Assembly (NCBI GenBank): GCA_965222375.1 | Contig: CBDCTZ010000008.1 | Span: 64,001-128,000, forward strand | Source: Polyangiaceae bacterium | GTDB taxonomy: Bacteria; Myxococcota_A; Polyangia; Polyangiales; Polyangiaceae | DNA: 64,000 nucleotides | Direction of reading: 5' to 3' | In this document: positions 27,656 to 36,704 of the stretch, one piece after another | Layout: each line of letters begins with the position of its first letter | Position numbering within the stretch: position 1 is the first letter of the stretch | The notes under the pieces: model-generated | What the model saw: only the letters and a program-made list of their open reading frames with translations | Database searches by the model: none | What the model was told of the DNA's origin: nothing | Position numbers and translations under genes: made by a program

Positions 27656-29695
27656 TCAATCTTTGACGGGCGGCGCAGACTTGAGCTTGATGCCTCGAAC
27701 CGCATCCCGGAAGCGCACTTCCTGTTCGTCGATGGTCATTTTGGTCTCGATCAGGGTCTTGGTGATCTGATTCAGGCGAGTCGAGAAGCTGGCCAGCCGT
27801 TTGGTGAGTTTCGCGCGCAAATCCGCAGCCTGATTGTTCTTCTCGATCGCGCGCAAGGAGAGCCGAGTTTCTCGCGTCGCCTTCTCTATCTCGGCTTGCT
27901 CATTGACGAGCTTTTTGCGGGCGTCCACGGCCTTGCGCCAGGTCTGTCGGAGCTTCCACACATCGCGAAGTTTCTGCTGGATGCCTTTGTCGCCCCGGGG
28001 ATCGGCCAAGTAGGCCTTCACCGCATCGTCCGCCAAGTTGCTGAGCCAGCTTGCGCCTTGTTTGGCAGCGCGGCGTTCGTCCACGGTCAGCTCTGCCTTG
28101 CCGTAGGGTTTGACCGTGATGGGCACCAGGGCGTTGCCGCGCCCGGTGTTGTCTTCGGTGCCTGCGGGTGGACGGTACAGGCGGGTGCCGGCACTGCGGG
28201 GATGCTTGACCAGGAGCTTCGCGGGCTGGTCGCCACCGTTTTTGATCGTGTAGATCGTGCGCTGCACGCTGTCGCGCTCGATGGTGAGCTGGCCCGCCTC
28301 GATGCGGTACAGGCGGGACCCTTGTTGGTCGTACTTGCGATTCGTCTTGACCGCCAAAGAGCGTTCCAGGGCGAAGGGGACGGTGGCGGTTCCGTTCGCC
28401 GGCAGGGGCTCCACCAAGCCTTGCCCCAGAAACGAGCCCTTTTCGAACACGGCGATGGGCCCCCGCTCCAACAGGCCCTTGGTGGCGTTCTTGAATCGCG
28501 CCACGCGGAAGGGATGGGTGCTCGAACCCGGTACGCCGCCATCGGGCGAAAACAGGAATACGGCCTCGCCCGGAACGCGTTTCGACAGCAGGAGCACCAT
28601 CGTGGCACTTTCGTCAGGCACGGTCACGGGTGTCGGAATGGCGTAGCGCGTTGCCCCAGACTCCACAGCCACCGCAGCGAGCGCGCTGACGTTGCGGGGC
28701 CCGGAAAGACCCTCGCGCTTTGCTTGCTCGAGGGCCCGACGCACGCGCTCACGGTTGGACATCGGGCGATTGTCAGCCGTCGGCTCCGCGGCCGAAGGCG
28801 GTGGCGCACCCGGGCCCCGTCCATAGCCGCCCCCACCAGCTGTTTTGGTTGCGACTTTGTAGCGCTTCTTCAGGTCGGCCTTGTCCTTCGACTTGCCACC
28901 TTTGCGGCGCGGCCTTCGCGTCGTGCCGTCCGCGGGCATGTCGGCGTCCTCGTCCCCTGCCTCGGATTCAGCGGCCTTCTCCTCGTCGGGGCCCACGCGG
29001 TCGACCTCGCCCTCGGGACGGCTCGCCAAGGAGGTCACGCCCTCCGGCATGGCTGCGATCACTTCGCCAGTGTCCGTGACGATGGGTCGGTCTGGGATGA
29101 CAGGCTCTCCAAGGGTCGACTGAAACGCCAGGGGTGCGCCCGCCACCAGCACTAGAGAAATCCCGTTCCAGTCTTCTCCGGACAGGTTCTGCACAATCCC
29201 CCAAGCCTGCAGATCCGCTTTGCCATCCGCCTGGACCACCAGGCGATAGGAAGGCCTCCAAACGGGCGTCTCGGAAATGTAGCCGATGGCCAGGTCGTGC
29301 TCTTTGCCATCGAGATCCAACCGCACCTCTCGGAGTCGATTGGGGTCGTCTTCCTCGGGTTTGGGCGCCGGCCAGGGCTTGAGCATGCTGGCAAAGCGTG
29401 GGTCCATCTCCGGCGTGGGATCGTCTTTCTCGATCTCCAACGGAAACGACGCGCTGCGGACCGAGCTGCCACCGCGTTCAACGATGGCCAAAGTCGCCAA
29501 GAAGTCGCCCACCATGCGCTGTCGCATCTTGAAGGTCACCACATCAGCGTCCACGTGGCCGGATCGCTCGAAGTAGCCGACACCATTGCGGTAGACGACG
29601 ACGCGCTTCAGCGGCAGTTGATCCGTCGATACGTTGGGGCCACGCGCACAACCGACGGCCAAAAGTCCAAAAGCGACCATCCCGGGCAGTTTCAT
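27656..29695 (-). CDS. DUF4139-like domain lipoprotein
   Basis: Lipobox AVGC; LKRVVVYRNGVGYFER, WRPSYRL and NLSGEDW motifs. Confidence 0.8.
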   Translation of the reverse strand: MKLPGMVAFGLLAVGCARGPNVSTDQLPLKRVVVYRNGVGYFERSGHVDADVVTFKMRQRMVGDFLATLAIVERGGSSVRSASFPLEIEKDDPTPEMDPRFASMLKPWPAPKPEEDDPNRLREVRLDLDGKEHDLAIGYISETPVWRPSYRLVVQADGKADLQAWGIVQNLSGEDWNGISLVLVAGAPLAFQSTLGEPVIPDRPIVTDTGEVIAAMPEGVTSLASRPEGEVDRVGPDEEKAAESEAGDEDADMPADGTTRRPRRKGGKSKDKADLKKRYKVATKTAGGGGYGRGPGAPPPSAAEPTADNRPMSNRERVRRALEQAKREGLSGPRNVSALAAVAVESGATRYAIPTPVTVPDESATMVLLLSKRVPGEAVFLFSPDGGVPGSSTHPFRVARFKNATKGLLERGPIAVFEKGSFLGQGLVEPLPANGTATVPFALERSLAVKTNRKYDQQGSRLYRIEAGQLTIERDSVQRTIYTIKNGGDQPAKLLVKHPRSAGTRLYRPPAGTEDNTGRGNALVPITVKPYGKAELTVDERRAAKQGASWLSNLADDAVKAYLADPRGDKGIQQKLRDVWKLRQTWRKAVDARKKLVNEQAEIEKATRETRLSLRAIEKNNQAADLRAKLTKRLASFSTRLNQITKTLIETKMTIDEQEVRFRDAVRGIKLKSAPPVKD

Positions 29696-29837
29696 GACGC
29701 ACTCCTTGTCTGCATGAACCGGTAAGCTTTTTTCACGCCGGCGGGAGCATGGCAGCTTTGGGAGTCTAGGAACAGCCCGGGCGGCGGCGAAATATGCTGG
29801 ATTTCATAGGCGCAATTGCGAGAGGCTAGCCAAAGAC

Positions 29838-30866
29838 GTGACTGCCCAAGCCCCACCTCCCAAGCCTCCGCCTCCGCCGCCCCGCAGGCCACCGCCGAAA
29901 CCAGCGATCAGCGATCAGGACAAAGAGGCCATCGCCTTCAAGGCCCTCGGCTTGCTCAACGAACAAGTCCAAGCGCGAATCGTGCACTACAAGGGTGATC
30001 TCGAGACCAGCCCGGAGCTCGACGCGATCACGGCCCAGGTGGTGTCGCAGATCAAAGCCATGCAGACGGCGATGGGCACCGAGGACGCGGGCCAGGAGCC
30101 GCCCGAAAAGATCGAAGAGAAGCAGACAGCGCTGCTCGCCAAATTGCTCACTCGAGTCTTCGACGAAGAGGGCCAGAGCGCCTTCGCGTCTCAGAACCTA
30201 AAGACCATCGGACGCCGCATCGCGAAGCTGTTCTTCGAGAGCGAGCTGCACGAGAAGACCAAGGGCGACAAGGACAAGGTCATTCATCACGCCGAGCAAG
30301 GCGTGTACTACGTGCTGACGCGCTACAAAAACCGGCTGCGCGCCGAACTCGAGGGCTTCGAATACGTGGACGCGGGCGTCAAAGCCCAATCCTCGGAGAT
30401 GCTCTCGAAAATCGAGCGCGACCTGCAGGTGGGGTTCCTTTCCAAGCGCTCGCCGGAGCTGAACCACGTCATGACGCTGTACTCGGCGGTCTTGGTCGAT
30501 TTGCTTCACAAGCACCTGCCGCCGCGAGTCGCCCAAATGGCCAAAGTGACGATTCGCGCGGCAGCGACCGCTCATCAACCGGGCGCCGTCTCGTACAAGG
30601 TCCTGGCAGACCACTTTCCTGCTTTTCGGCGCGAGTGGGAGCGGCTCTTGATGCAGCAAATGGTCCACTACTGCGGGGACCAATTGATGGCCAAGCTCAA
30701 CCAGAGCGATCAAACCTTTCACGAGGAAACCGTGCGTTTCTTCACGGATCCGCACATCTTCAGCGAGACATGTGAAGTTCTGTGCGACGCCCTCTACGAC
30801 TTCCTCTGCCTAGAAGGCTTCCTGGACCTGCCCGTCAACTGGCGCGTCAAGTTGGCGAAGAGCTGA
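29838..30866 (+). CDS. hypothetical protein (Pro-rich N-terminus, helical)
   Basis: 342-aa ORF with GC3-biased codons. Confidence 0.8.
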   Translation: MTAQAPPPKPPPPPPRRPPPKPAISDQDKEAIAFKALGLLNEQVQARIVHYKGDLETSPELDAITAQVVSQIKAMQTAMGTEDAGQEPPEKIEEKQTALLAKLLTRVFDEEGQSAFASQNLKTIGRRIAKLFFESELHEKTKGDKDKVIHHAEQGVYYVLTRYKNRLRAELEGFEYVDAGVKAQSSEMLSKIERDLQVGFLSKRSPELNHVMTLYSAVLVDLLHKHLPPRVAQMAKVTIRAAATAHQPGAVSYKVLADHFPAFRREWERLLMQQMVHYCGDQLMAKLNQSDQTFHEETVRFFTDPHIFSETCEVLCDALYDFLCLEGFLDLPVNWRVKLAKS

Positions 30867-30876
30867 GGAGAGAATT

Positions 30877-31398
30877 CTGGAGCTCGCTGGTCTGCTGAAC
30901 CGTCGAACCTTTGGCGTCCTCGGCATTGCGCTGGGGCTCGGCCTGGTTGGCTATGCGGTGTTCGGTGGCCCTTCCGACGAAGAACTGATCCGGGAGCAAC
31001 TGCATCGCTTTGCCCATGTGGTCGGCGTTGAAGGCGATGAAAACGCCGTCTTTCGATTGGGGCGATTGAAGAAGGAATTCCAGACTCTGGTGACGACCAA
31101 CGTCCGGGTTCGCGTTCGGGAGCTGACCAGCCTGCGCAGCGGCAGAAAACCCTTGGCCGCCATCGCCGCCCGGGCCGGGACCTACTTCGCTTCCGCGGAA
31201 ATCAGCCTGTCGGATCTCGAGCTCGAGATGAACGAAGATAAGACCTCTGCCGAAGTGCGGTGCCTCGCCACGCTCACTGCACAGCAAGGGGGTCGCCCGC
31301 GGCGGGACGAACGGCACGTAGATTTCACGCTGGCGAAAGTCGATGGCGATTGGCTCATCGACTCGATCATCGTCAGCGACGTCGGCGAAGACCCATAG
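30877..31398 (+). CDS. hypothetical membrane-anchored protein (NTF2-like C-terminus); probable CTG start
   Basis: In-frame TM segment upstream of the first GTG (30958); GAGGAG lies 6 nt before CTG 30877; ends ...KVDGDWLID. Confidence 0.65.
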   Translation: MELAGLLNRRTFGVLGIALGLGLVGYAVFGGPSDEELIREQLHRFAHVVGVEGDENAVFRLGRLKKEFQTLVTTNVRVRVRELTSLRSGRKPLAAIAARAGTYFASAEISLSDLELEMNEDKTSAEVRCLATLTAQQGGRPRRDERHVDFTLAKVDGDWLIDSIIVSDVGEDP

Positions 31399-31419
31399 CC
31401 CAAGACCTGGCGTGTTTGT

Positions 31420-31461
31420 TTGGGGGTCGAGTCCCAGGCGCACGACGGTGCCCTAATCTCG
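31420..31461 (+). repeat. dispersed bipartite 42-bp repeat, copy 1
   Basis: TTGGGGGTCGAG-N18-GCCCTAATCTCG; same arms and spacing at 49332-49373. Confidence 0.75.
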
Positions 31462-31488
31462 AACTTCCGCCTGCGGGCGCACCCGAAT

Positions 31489-31962
31489 TCATGGATGAAT
31501 GGTGTGTACCAAGTCGAGGGCTTGCCGCATGCGCCAGATCAAATCACTTTCGCCTTGCGTGACCCGGGCAGCGCCAGGGAAAGGACCTCCGGATGCAGCG
31601 GCGACGCTGCGGGCGAACTTGACTAGGAGTTCGCAGAAATACGTCGCTTCACCCTCGCCCACGCGTTGACGGAGCAGCTCGCGCACTTCAAATAGGTGCT
31701 CGCAGAGCGCATCCTCGCTCATGTTGGTGGCCCCGTGGGCCTGGGCCGCCGTGGGCCGATTAGCGTCTTCAAAAACGTGCCGCATCCACGAGCCCTCGGC
31801 GCACTTCTCAGCACTCTGCTCGAGTTCCTTACCGAACGCGACCTCTTCCTCGTCGAAGGAATCGACGGTGCAGTCCACGCTCAGCATCGCGAGGTAAATC
31901 TCCAGGGGCAGCTCGGTCAGCAGGTTCCACTCTTCGTTGTTGAAACCGAAGCGTACGCTCAC
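31489..31962 (-). CDS. hypothetical protein
   Basis: 157-aa acidic helical ORF convergent with the upstream gene. Confidence 0.7.
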   Translation of the reverse strand: MSVRFGFNNEEWNLLTELPLEIYLAMLSVDCTVDSFDEEEVAFGKELEQSAEKCAEGSWMRHVFEDANRPTAAQAHGATNMSEDALCEHLFEVRELLRQRVGEGEATYFCELLVKFARSVAAASGGPFPGAARVTQGESDLIWRMRQALDLVHTIHP

Positions 31963-32065
31963 GCCACTATGATTGGTCGCGCCCGCGTCTGCGTCGATGG
32001 AAAACTTTGCGCGAAACTCGGACTCGGAGCGCCCTCAGGCACCGGTCCGGTGCCTGCAGCCAGGG

Positions 32066-33136
32066 CTACCACTCGTCGTCGTCGTCACCCAGCTCGGCGC
32101 TGTATGAGACGATTGCGGTGCCGCCGCCCACGATACCCAGCGGGTTCCAGGGCGGCTTGACCACGCCGATCGGGGAATTGTCCAGCACTACGATGTACTG
32201 GCCTCGCGGCAGCTTGGTGATCCGCTTCAGCTCCACGCCTGGGCTGAGGGGAAAGCCCGCGACGGGCGGTTGGGGCGGTGGCCCGAGGGACATGCCTTTC
32301 TGGAGCCCTTCCCGCCAAAGATCCGCGGTGCCTCGACGGAAGATCATCACGTCGACGGCCGGGCCGGTCAGACGCATACGCAGGAACAGCGCCTGGTCAT
32401 CATCCGCCACCTCGAAAGGTCCTAGGAAATCCAGCTGGTTATTGCGGACCTCGGCTGTTTCATTCGCAAAGACGAAGCGATCTTCGTCGGTATCGAAGGG
32501 TCGAGGCGGCCGCGCCGGCGGCTGCAACAGCCCCAACGTAAATTCGTCCCCGGAGTCCGAGTGCACCACCGTGAAGCCTTGGAACAAGTGGTAACTCACA
32601 ATTTGATTGCCGAAGGTGTTCGCAACGAAGCCCGCCGGAGTCTTGGTTGCCAGATCGACGACCTTGTTCTCGACAGATCCGATCTTGAAGTCGGGGCCAA
32701 AAATCACGTTCGGTCGCTTGGCCCAGACGTAAACTGCGTCTTCAGCCATGAAGAAATCGAAGCCATACTCAACGCTGGCATCCATGGAAAACCCGACCCG
32801 GCCAGCAACGGGAGTCCAGGCGTAGCCCGTGCCGCCGAAGTGGATGGTTACCGTGCGCTTGTCATCGTTGACGTCATGGCGACAGCGAGTCGGAAAGAAG
32901 CGTCCGATCGTGTTTCCCTGAGGCGAGAGCTTGAGAGGTGCGCCTTTCTTGAGCATTTCCGGGCACATCCTTTGGGCTCCGAAATTCGAAAACAGCCACC
33001 AACGCAATCCAGGGCTGGCATTGATCGGCCCCTTGATGCAGGGGCAACCGACGAACACGAAGGCGACGGACAGGACCAGGCATAGTCGCAGCCAGACAGA
33101 GCTGCCGCGCGGAGTTCGGCCTTTCCGATCGAGCAT
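32066..33136 (-). CDS. hypothetical lipoprotein
   Basis: Signal peptide ending FVGC; beta-rich body. Confidence 0.78.
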   Translation of the reverse strand: MLDRKGRTPRGSSVWLRLCLVLSVAFVFVGCPCIKGPINASPGLRWWLFSNFGAQRMCPEMLKKGAPLKLSPQGNTIGRFFPTRCRHDVNDDKRTVTIHFGGTGYAWTPVAGRVGFSMDASVEYGFDFFMAEDAVYVWAKRPNVIFGPDFKIGSVENKVVDLATKTPAGFVANTFGNQIVSYHLFQGFTVVHSDSGDEFTLGLLQPPARPPRPFDTDEDRFVFANETAEVRNNQLDFLGPFEVADDDQALFLRMRLTGPAVDVMIFRRGTADLWREGLQKGMSLGPPPQPPVAGFPLSPGVELKRITKLPRGQYIVVLDNSPIGVVKPPWNPLGIVGGGTAIVSYSAELGDDDDEW

Positions 33137-33206
33137 GCATTACGTTCTACTCCACGCCGCCCGAGATCGATCCCGGCTGACCTTAAACGTCTTTAATTTC
33201 AATCAT

Positions 33207-34118
33207 TTACACTTTTGCTTCAGACGATGCGACGCGGCCGGCGAAAGCGTCGGACGCGATTCGAGCCAGGCCCCGGATCAGCCCCGGATCGTCGTCCAGA
33301 GCTGGCACCCGGCGGAAATCCAGACCGAGTTCCCGAGCCTGCGCGGCGGCTTCCACGTCCAAGTCGAACAGTGTTTCTACGTGCTCGGCCACGAACCCCA
33401 AGGGTGCCACCACCACTCCGCTGCGCCCTCGGGCTTTCGAGGTCGTCATCACTTCCCGCAACGATGGCCCTAGCCACTCGCCCGCGTCCGCCCCTTGGCT
33501 CTGGTAGGCGAGGGCAGCGTCGCGCCCGAGGCGCGCTGCGACGGCCCGCACGGCGGTCTCGAACTGAACAACGTAGGGGTCGCCGGCCTGAATCACCCTC
33601 GTGGGCAGACTGTGTGCTGTCAGGACAAGTTCGTAGTTCGCTGCGTCAGCTAGCTGCTTCTCGATGCGCACCGCGTAGGCTTCGACAAACTCAGGACACA
33701 AACCCCAGGGCTCCGTTTGGAGCAACTCAGGACAGCGACTCCCAAAGGTGGGCGTCAGGCGTGCATGTTCACCCCGGGCGTGTTCGCAGTAGATGTGCAC
33801 CGAAAAAGGCGCCATGGGCAGAATGCAGAGCCGACGGATCCCAAGCTCCGCAGCACCGCCGAGAGCTTCCCCGACTTCCGGGTGCCAGAGGCGCATGCCA
33901 ACCAGTACCGGTAGCTCCAGCTCCCGAGAAAGCGCCGCCGCTTGCTGGCGAGTGGTGGCGAGCAGAGGGGAGCCGCCAATCGCCTCGTAGCGCGTGCGCA
34001 GCTCCTTCACCAATTCCGGCGGCGCCGGCCGTCCTCGGCGAATGCGCTTCACGAAGGCCGCGAGATCATCCAGATCTTCCACGGTTCCGTGGGCCACGAG
34101 CAGGACGCCGTCACTCAT
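33207..34118 (-). CDS. hemH: ferrochelatase
   Basis: VLLVAHGT, YEAIGGSPL, AHSLP, GDPY, WLGP, GFVAEHVETLFDLD motifs; copro- versus proto-type not resolved. Confidence 0.92.
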   Translation of the reverse strand: MSDGVLLVAHGTVEDLDDLAAFVKRIRRGRPAPPELVKELRTRYEAIGGSPLLATTRQQAAALSRELELPVLVGMRLWHPEVGEALGGAAELGIRRLCILPMAPFSVHIYCEHARGEHARLTPTFGSRCPELLQTEPWGLCPEFVEAYAVRIEKQLADAANYELVLTAHSLPTRVIQAGDPYVVQFETAVRAVAARLGRDAALAYQSQGADAGEWLGPSLREVMTTSKARGRSGVVVAPLGFVAEHVETLFDLDVEAAAQARELGLDFRRVPALDDDPGLIRGLARIASDAFAGRVASSEAKV

Positions 34119-34193
34119 GGGCAACGTATAGAGGCCGCGCGGCGCAAGGAAAACCCCTGTACACCGAAGCAGACATCGCACGCGCAGAAAATT

Positions 34194-34351
34194 CCCTGGG
34201 CGGGTAGGCGATTTGGTCGGCACGTTGGGGACTCAGTTGCGCACAATCTGTACGGAGGCCCACCCTCGGGCGGTGACCGCGTGTCGGGTGGTGGGGGTGG
34301 TTGGTTGCTAGGAAATCTGGTCAAGGCCGACGCCGGAGCTGACGGGTTTCT
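34194..34351 (+). repeat. intact copy of the non-coding hairpin element found upstream of the HNH gene
   Basis: 34198-34273 aligns 64/76 with the reconstructed empty site (minus strand, 55250-55240 + 53295-53232). Two further collinear blocks match 51600-51617 and 51521-51532. Confidence 0.85.
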
Positions 34352-34383
34352 CAGCCTGGGGGTGGCGTGTACAGTGGCCCCAA

Positions 34384-35154
34384 ATGGTACAGTCACGCAT
34401 CAACCTGGACAGCAAGGTCGCCATCATCAGCGGTGCTAGCCGAGGGATCGGCGCCGCCATTGCCAACTGCTTCGCCGAGTCCGGTGCAAAGGTCGTGGTG
34501 GCCTCACGCAAGCTCGACGCCGTAACCCCCGTGGCTGCTGCCATCGAAAAAGCGGGGGGGCAGGCGCACGCGGTCGCGGCGCACGTGGGCCACATCGACC
34601 AATGCCATGCACTCGTCACCTCCGCTGTGGAGCAATTCGACAAGGTCGACATCCTGATCAACTGCGCTGGAACCAATCCCTACTTCGGGCCCGTCATCGG
34701 CATCGACCCCGGCGCGTATCAGAAGACCTTCGACGTGAATCTGCGAGGCGCCGTGGAGACTTCTCGTGCCTTTGCGGATCATGTCATCGGCCGCAAAGGC
34801 ACGGGTTCGATCGTGAGCATCGCCAGCGTCGCCGGGATGCGCGCTGCGCCCATGCAGGGTGTGTATGGCATGACCAAAGCTGCCATGATCAGCATGACCC
34901 AGTCGCTGGCCTTTGAACTCGGATCCAGCGGAATTCGAGTCAACGCCGTTTCCCCGGGTTTGGTCGAAACCCGCCTGGCGGCCGCGATCACGTCCAGCGA
35001 CTCTCTGGTGCAGATGGTCAATCAACGCACCGCTTTGGGCCGCGTGGGCGCGCCTGAAGAAATCGCCAACGCGGTGCTGTTCTTGGCATCCGACGCCGCG
35101 AGCTTCGTCACCGGTCAGACTCTGGCCGTGGATGGTGGCTTCACGGCCTACTAG
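34384..35154 (+). CDS. SDR family oxidoreductase (FabG/DHRS4-like)
   Basis: GASRGIG, NCAG, YGMTK, VNAVSPG and VDGG motifs. Confidence 0.92.
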   Translation: MVQSRINLDSKVAIISGASRGIGAAIANCFAESGAKVVVASRKLDAVTPVAAAIEKAGGQAHAVAAHVGHIDQCHALVTSAVEQFDKVDILINCAGTNPYFGPVIGIDPGAYQKTFDVNLRGAVETSRAFADHVIGRKGTGSIVSIASVAGMRAAPMQGVYGMTKAAMISMTQSLAFELGSSGIRVNAVSPGLVETRLAAAITSSDSLVQMVNQRTALGRVGAPEEIANAVLFLASDAASFVTGQTLAVDGGFTAY

Positions 35155-36633
35155 TCAGTCCGCGGCTGCATCCGCCGCGGCGTCCGACGTCGTCGCATCG
35201 GAACCGCCGTCAGTGCCGCCGTCAGCGCCGTCACAAATGCCAGCATTACAGGCATTGCCGGGGCCGCATTTGTTCCCGCAGCTGCCGCAATTCGCCGGGC
35301 TCTTTTGGGTGTTCACGCATTCGGCGGGCGTGCCGCACTCGGATTCCGAGCTGCCGCAAACGCATGCTCCTGCCACACAGCCGCGCCCGCCGGTGCAGAT
35401 AACCCCGCAGGCACCGCAGTTGGCGCTGTCCGTCTGGGTGTCAACGCAGGCGTTGTTGCAGTCCGTCTCCGAGGACTGACACGCACTCGCGCAAGAGCTC
35501 TGAGAACAAACTTGGCTAGTCGTGCATGCCGTTCCACACGCGGAGCAGTTCGCGGGGTCCGTGGATGTATCCACACAAACGCCGTTGCAGAGAGTCAAGC
35601 CACCTGGGCAAACGCAGGCCCCGGACTTGCACTCTTGTCCCCCTGTGCACTGGGTGCCGCAGGCGCCACAGTTCAGCGGGTCATTGCTCAGCCTCGTACA
35701 GCTGCCCCCGCACTGGACCTGCTGGGTCGGGCAGCCCTGATCGGAACAGGCGCCGTTGAGACAGGCTTCGCCTGCCTTGCAGGCCGTTCCGCATGCCCCG
35801 CAGTGCTGAAAGGCAATTTGCGTATCGACGCATTGGGTGCCGCAGAGGGTGCGGCCGGCACCGCAGTCGCAAACGCCCTGGTTACATACCAACCCATTGC
35901 CGCACTTCGTTCCACAAGCCCCGCAATTGTTCGCGTCGCTGTTCGTGTCGACGCAACTGCCAGCACAAAGCGTCAAAGGTGCCGTGCAACCCGCGGCACA
36001 GGCGCCGGCGTTGCAGACCTGATTGGCTCCGCACGCGTTGCCACAAGCGCCGCAGTTTGCCGAGTCAGTAGCGGTATTGACGCAGGTGCCGCCGCAGTCC
36101 ATCTGGCCGGCGGTGCAGACACAACTGCCGCCCGAACACACTTTGCCGCCGGTGCAAGCGCTGCCACAAGCGCCGCAGTGCTGCGAGTCGCTCTGCAAGT
36201 CAACGCAGCTCGTCCCGCACTTCGTGAGGCTCCCGCAATCCGTCGAACACACTCCCAAGGCACACACTTCACCGGAGCCACAAGCGACCCCACATGCACC
36301 GCAGTTGTTCGGATCCGTGTCCGGGTTCGAGCAGACTCCGGAACAATCGATTTCGCCCGGGCCGCATGTGGGCGGACCGCCATCCCCCGCGTCCGAAGCG
36401 CCACCACTCCCGCTAGCGCCGCCGGTGGCGCCGGTGCCAGATGCCCCGCCGCTCCCAGAACCCCCACCGGTCCCAGCACCTCCCGAACTGCTGTCGCTTC
36501 CGGCATCAACACCGCCGCTTCCTCCCGTCGCGGCCCCGTCGTCATCGTCCCCGCATTGAACCTGAAGTAGTGCAATGCCCAGGATTAGAGCGGAGGAACC
36601 CAGGAGTCGAAGTCTGCGCGCAATTTGAGCCAT
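35155..36633 (-). CDS. secreted Cys-rich repeat protein (Stig1-like CVDxxxDxxNCGACG repeats)
   Basis: About nine repeats of CVxxxxDxx(N/H)CG(A/S)CG after a signal peptide and Gly/Ser linker. Confidence 0.85.
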   Translation of the reverse strand: MAQIARRLRLLGSSALILGIALLQVQCGDDDDGAATGGSGGVDAGSDSSSGGAGTGGGSGSGGASGTGATGGASGSGGASDAGDGGPPTCGPGEIDCSGVCSNPDTDPNNCGACGVACGSGEVCALGVCSTDCGSLTKCGTSCVDLQSDSQHCGACGSACTGGKVCSGGSCVCTAGQMDCGGTCVNTATDSANCGACGNACGANQVCNAGACAAGCTAPLTLCAGSCVDTNSDANNCGACGTKCGNGLVCNQGVCDCGAGRTLCGTQCVDTQIAFQHCGACGTACKAGEACLNGACSDQGCPTQQVQCGGSCTRLSNDPLNCGACGTQCTGGQECKSGACVCPGGLTLCNGVCVDTSTDPANCSACGTACTTSQVCSQSSCASACQSSETDCNNACVDTQTDSANCGACGVICTGGRGCVAGACVCGSSESECGTPAECVNTQKSPANCGSCGNKCGPGNACNAGICDGADGGTDGGSDATTSDAAADAAAD

Positions 36634-36704
36634 GACATCGTGGGTGGACGCACCGCCTCCATTTTATTAACGCTGACGGACATTTTTCGCTCAGGAGCCA
36701 AGCC

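Noticed and set aside
27452..29155. 567-aa plus-strand ORF
   Set aside because: Antisense shadow of the DUF4139-like gene, typical of high-GC DNA.
35250..36360. Periodic repeats as a possible CRISPR array
   Set aside because: Degenerate in-frame coding repeats; no identical direct repeats with spacers and no cas genes.
35305..36570. 421-aa Ala/Arg-rich plus-strand ORF
   Set aside because: Antisense shadow of the Cys-rich repeat gene.
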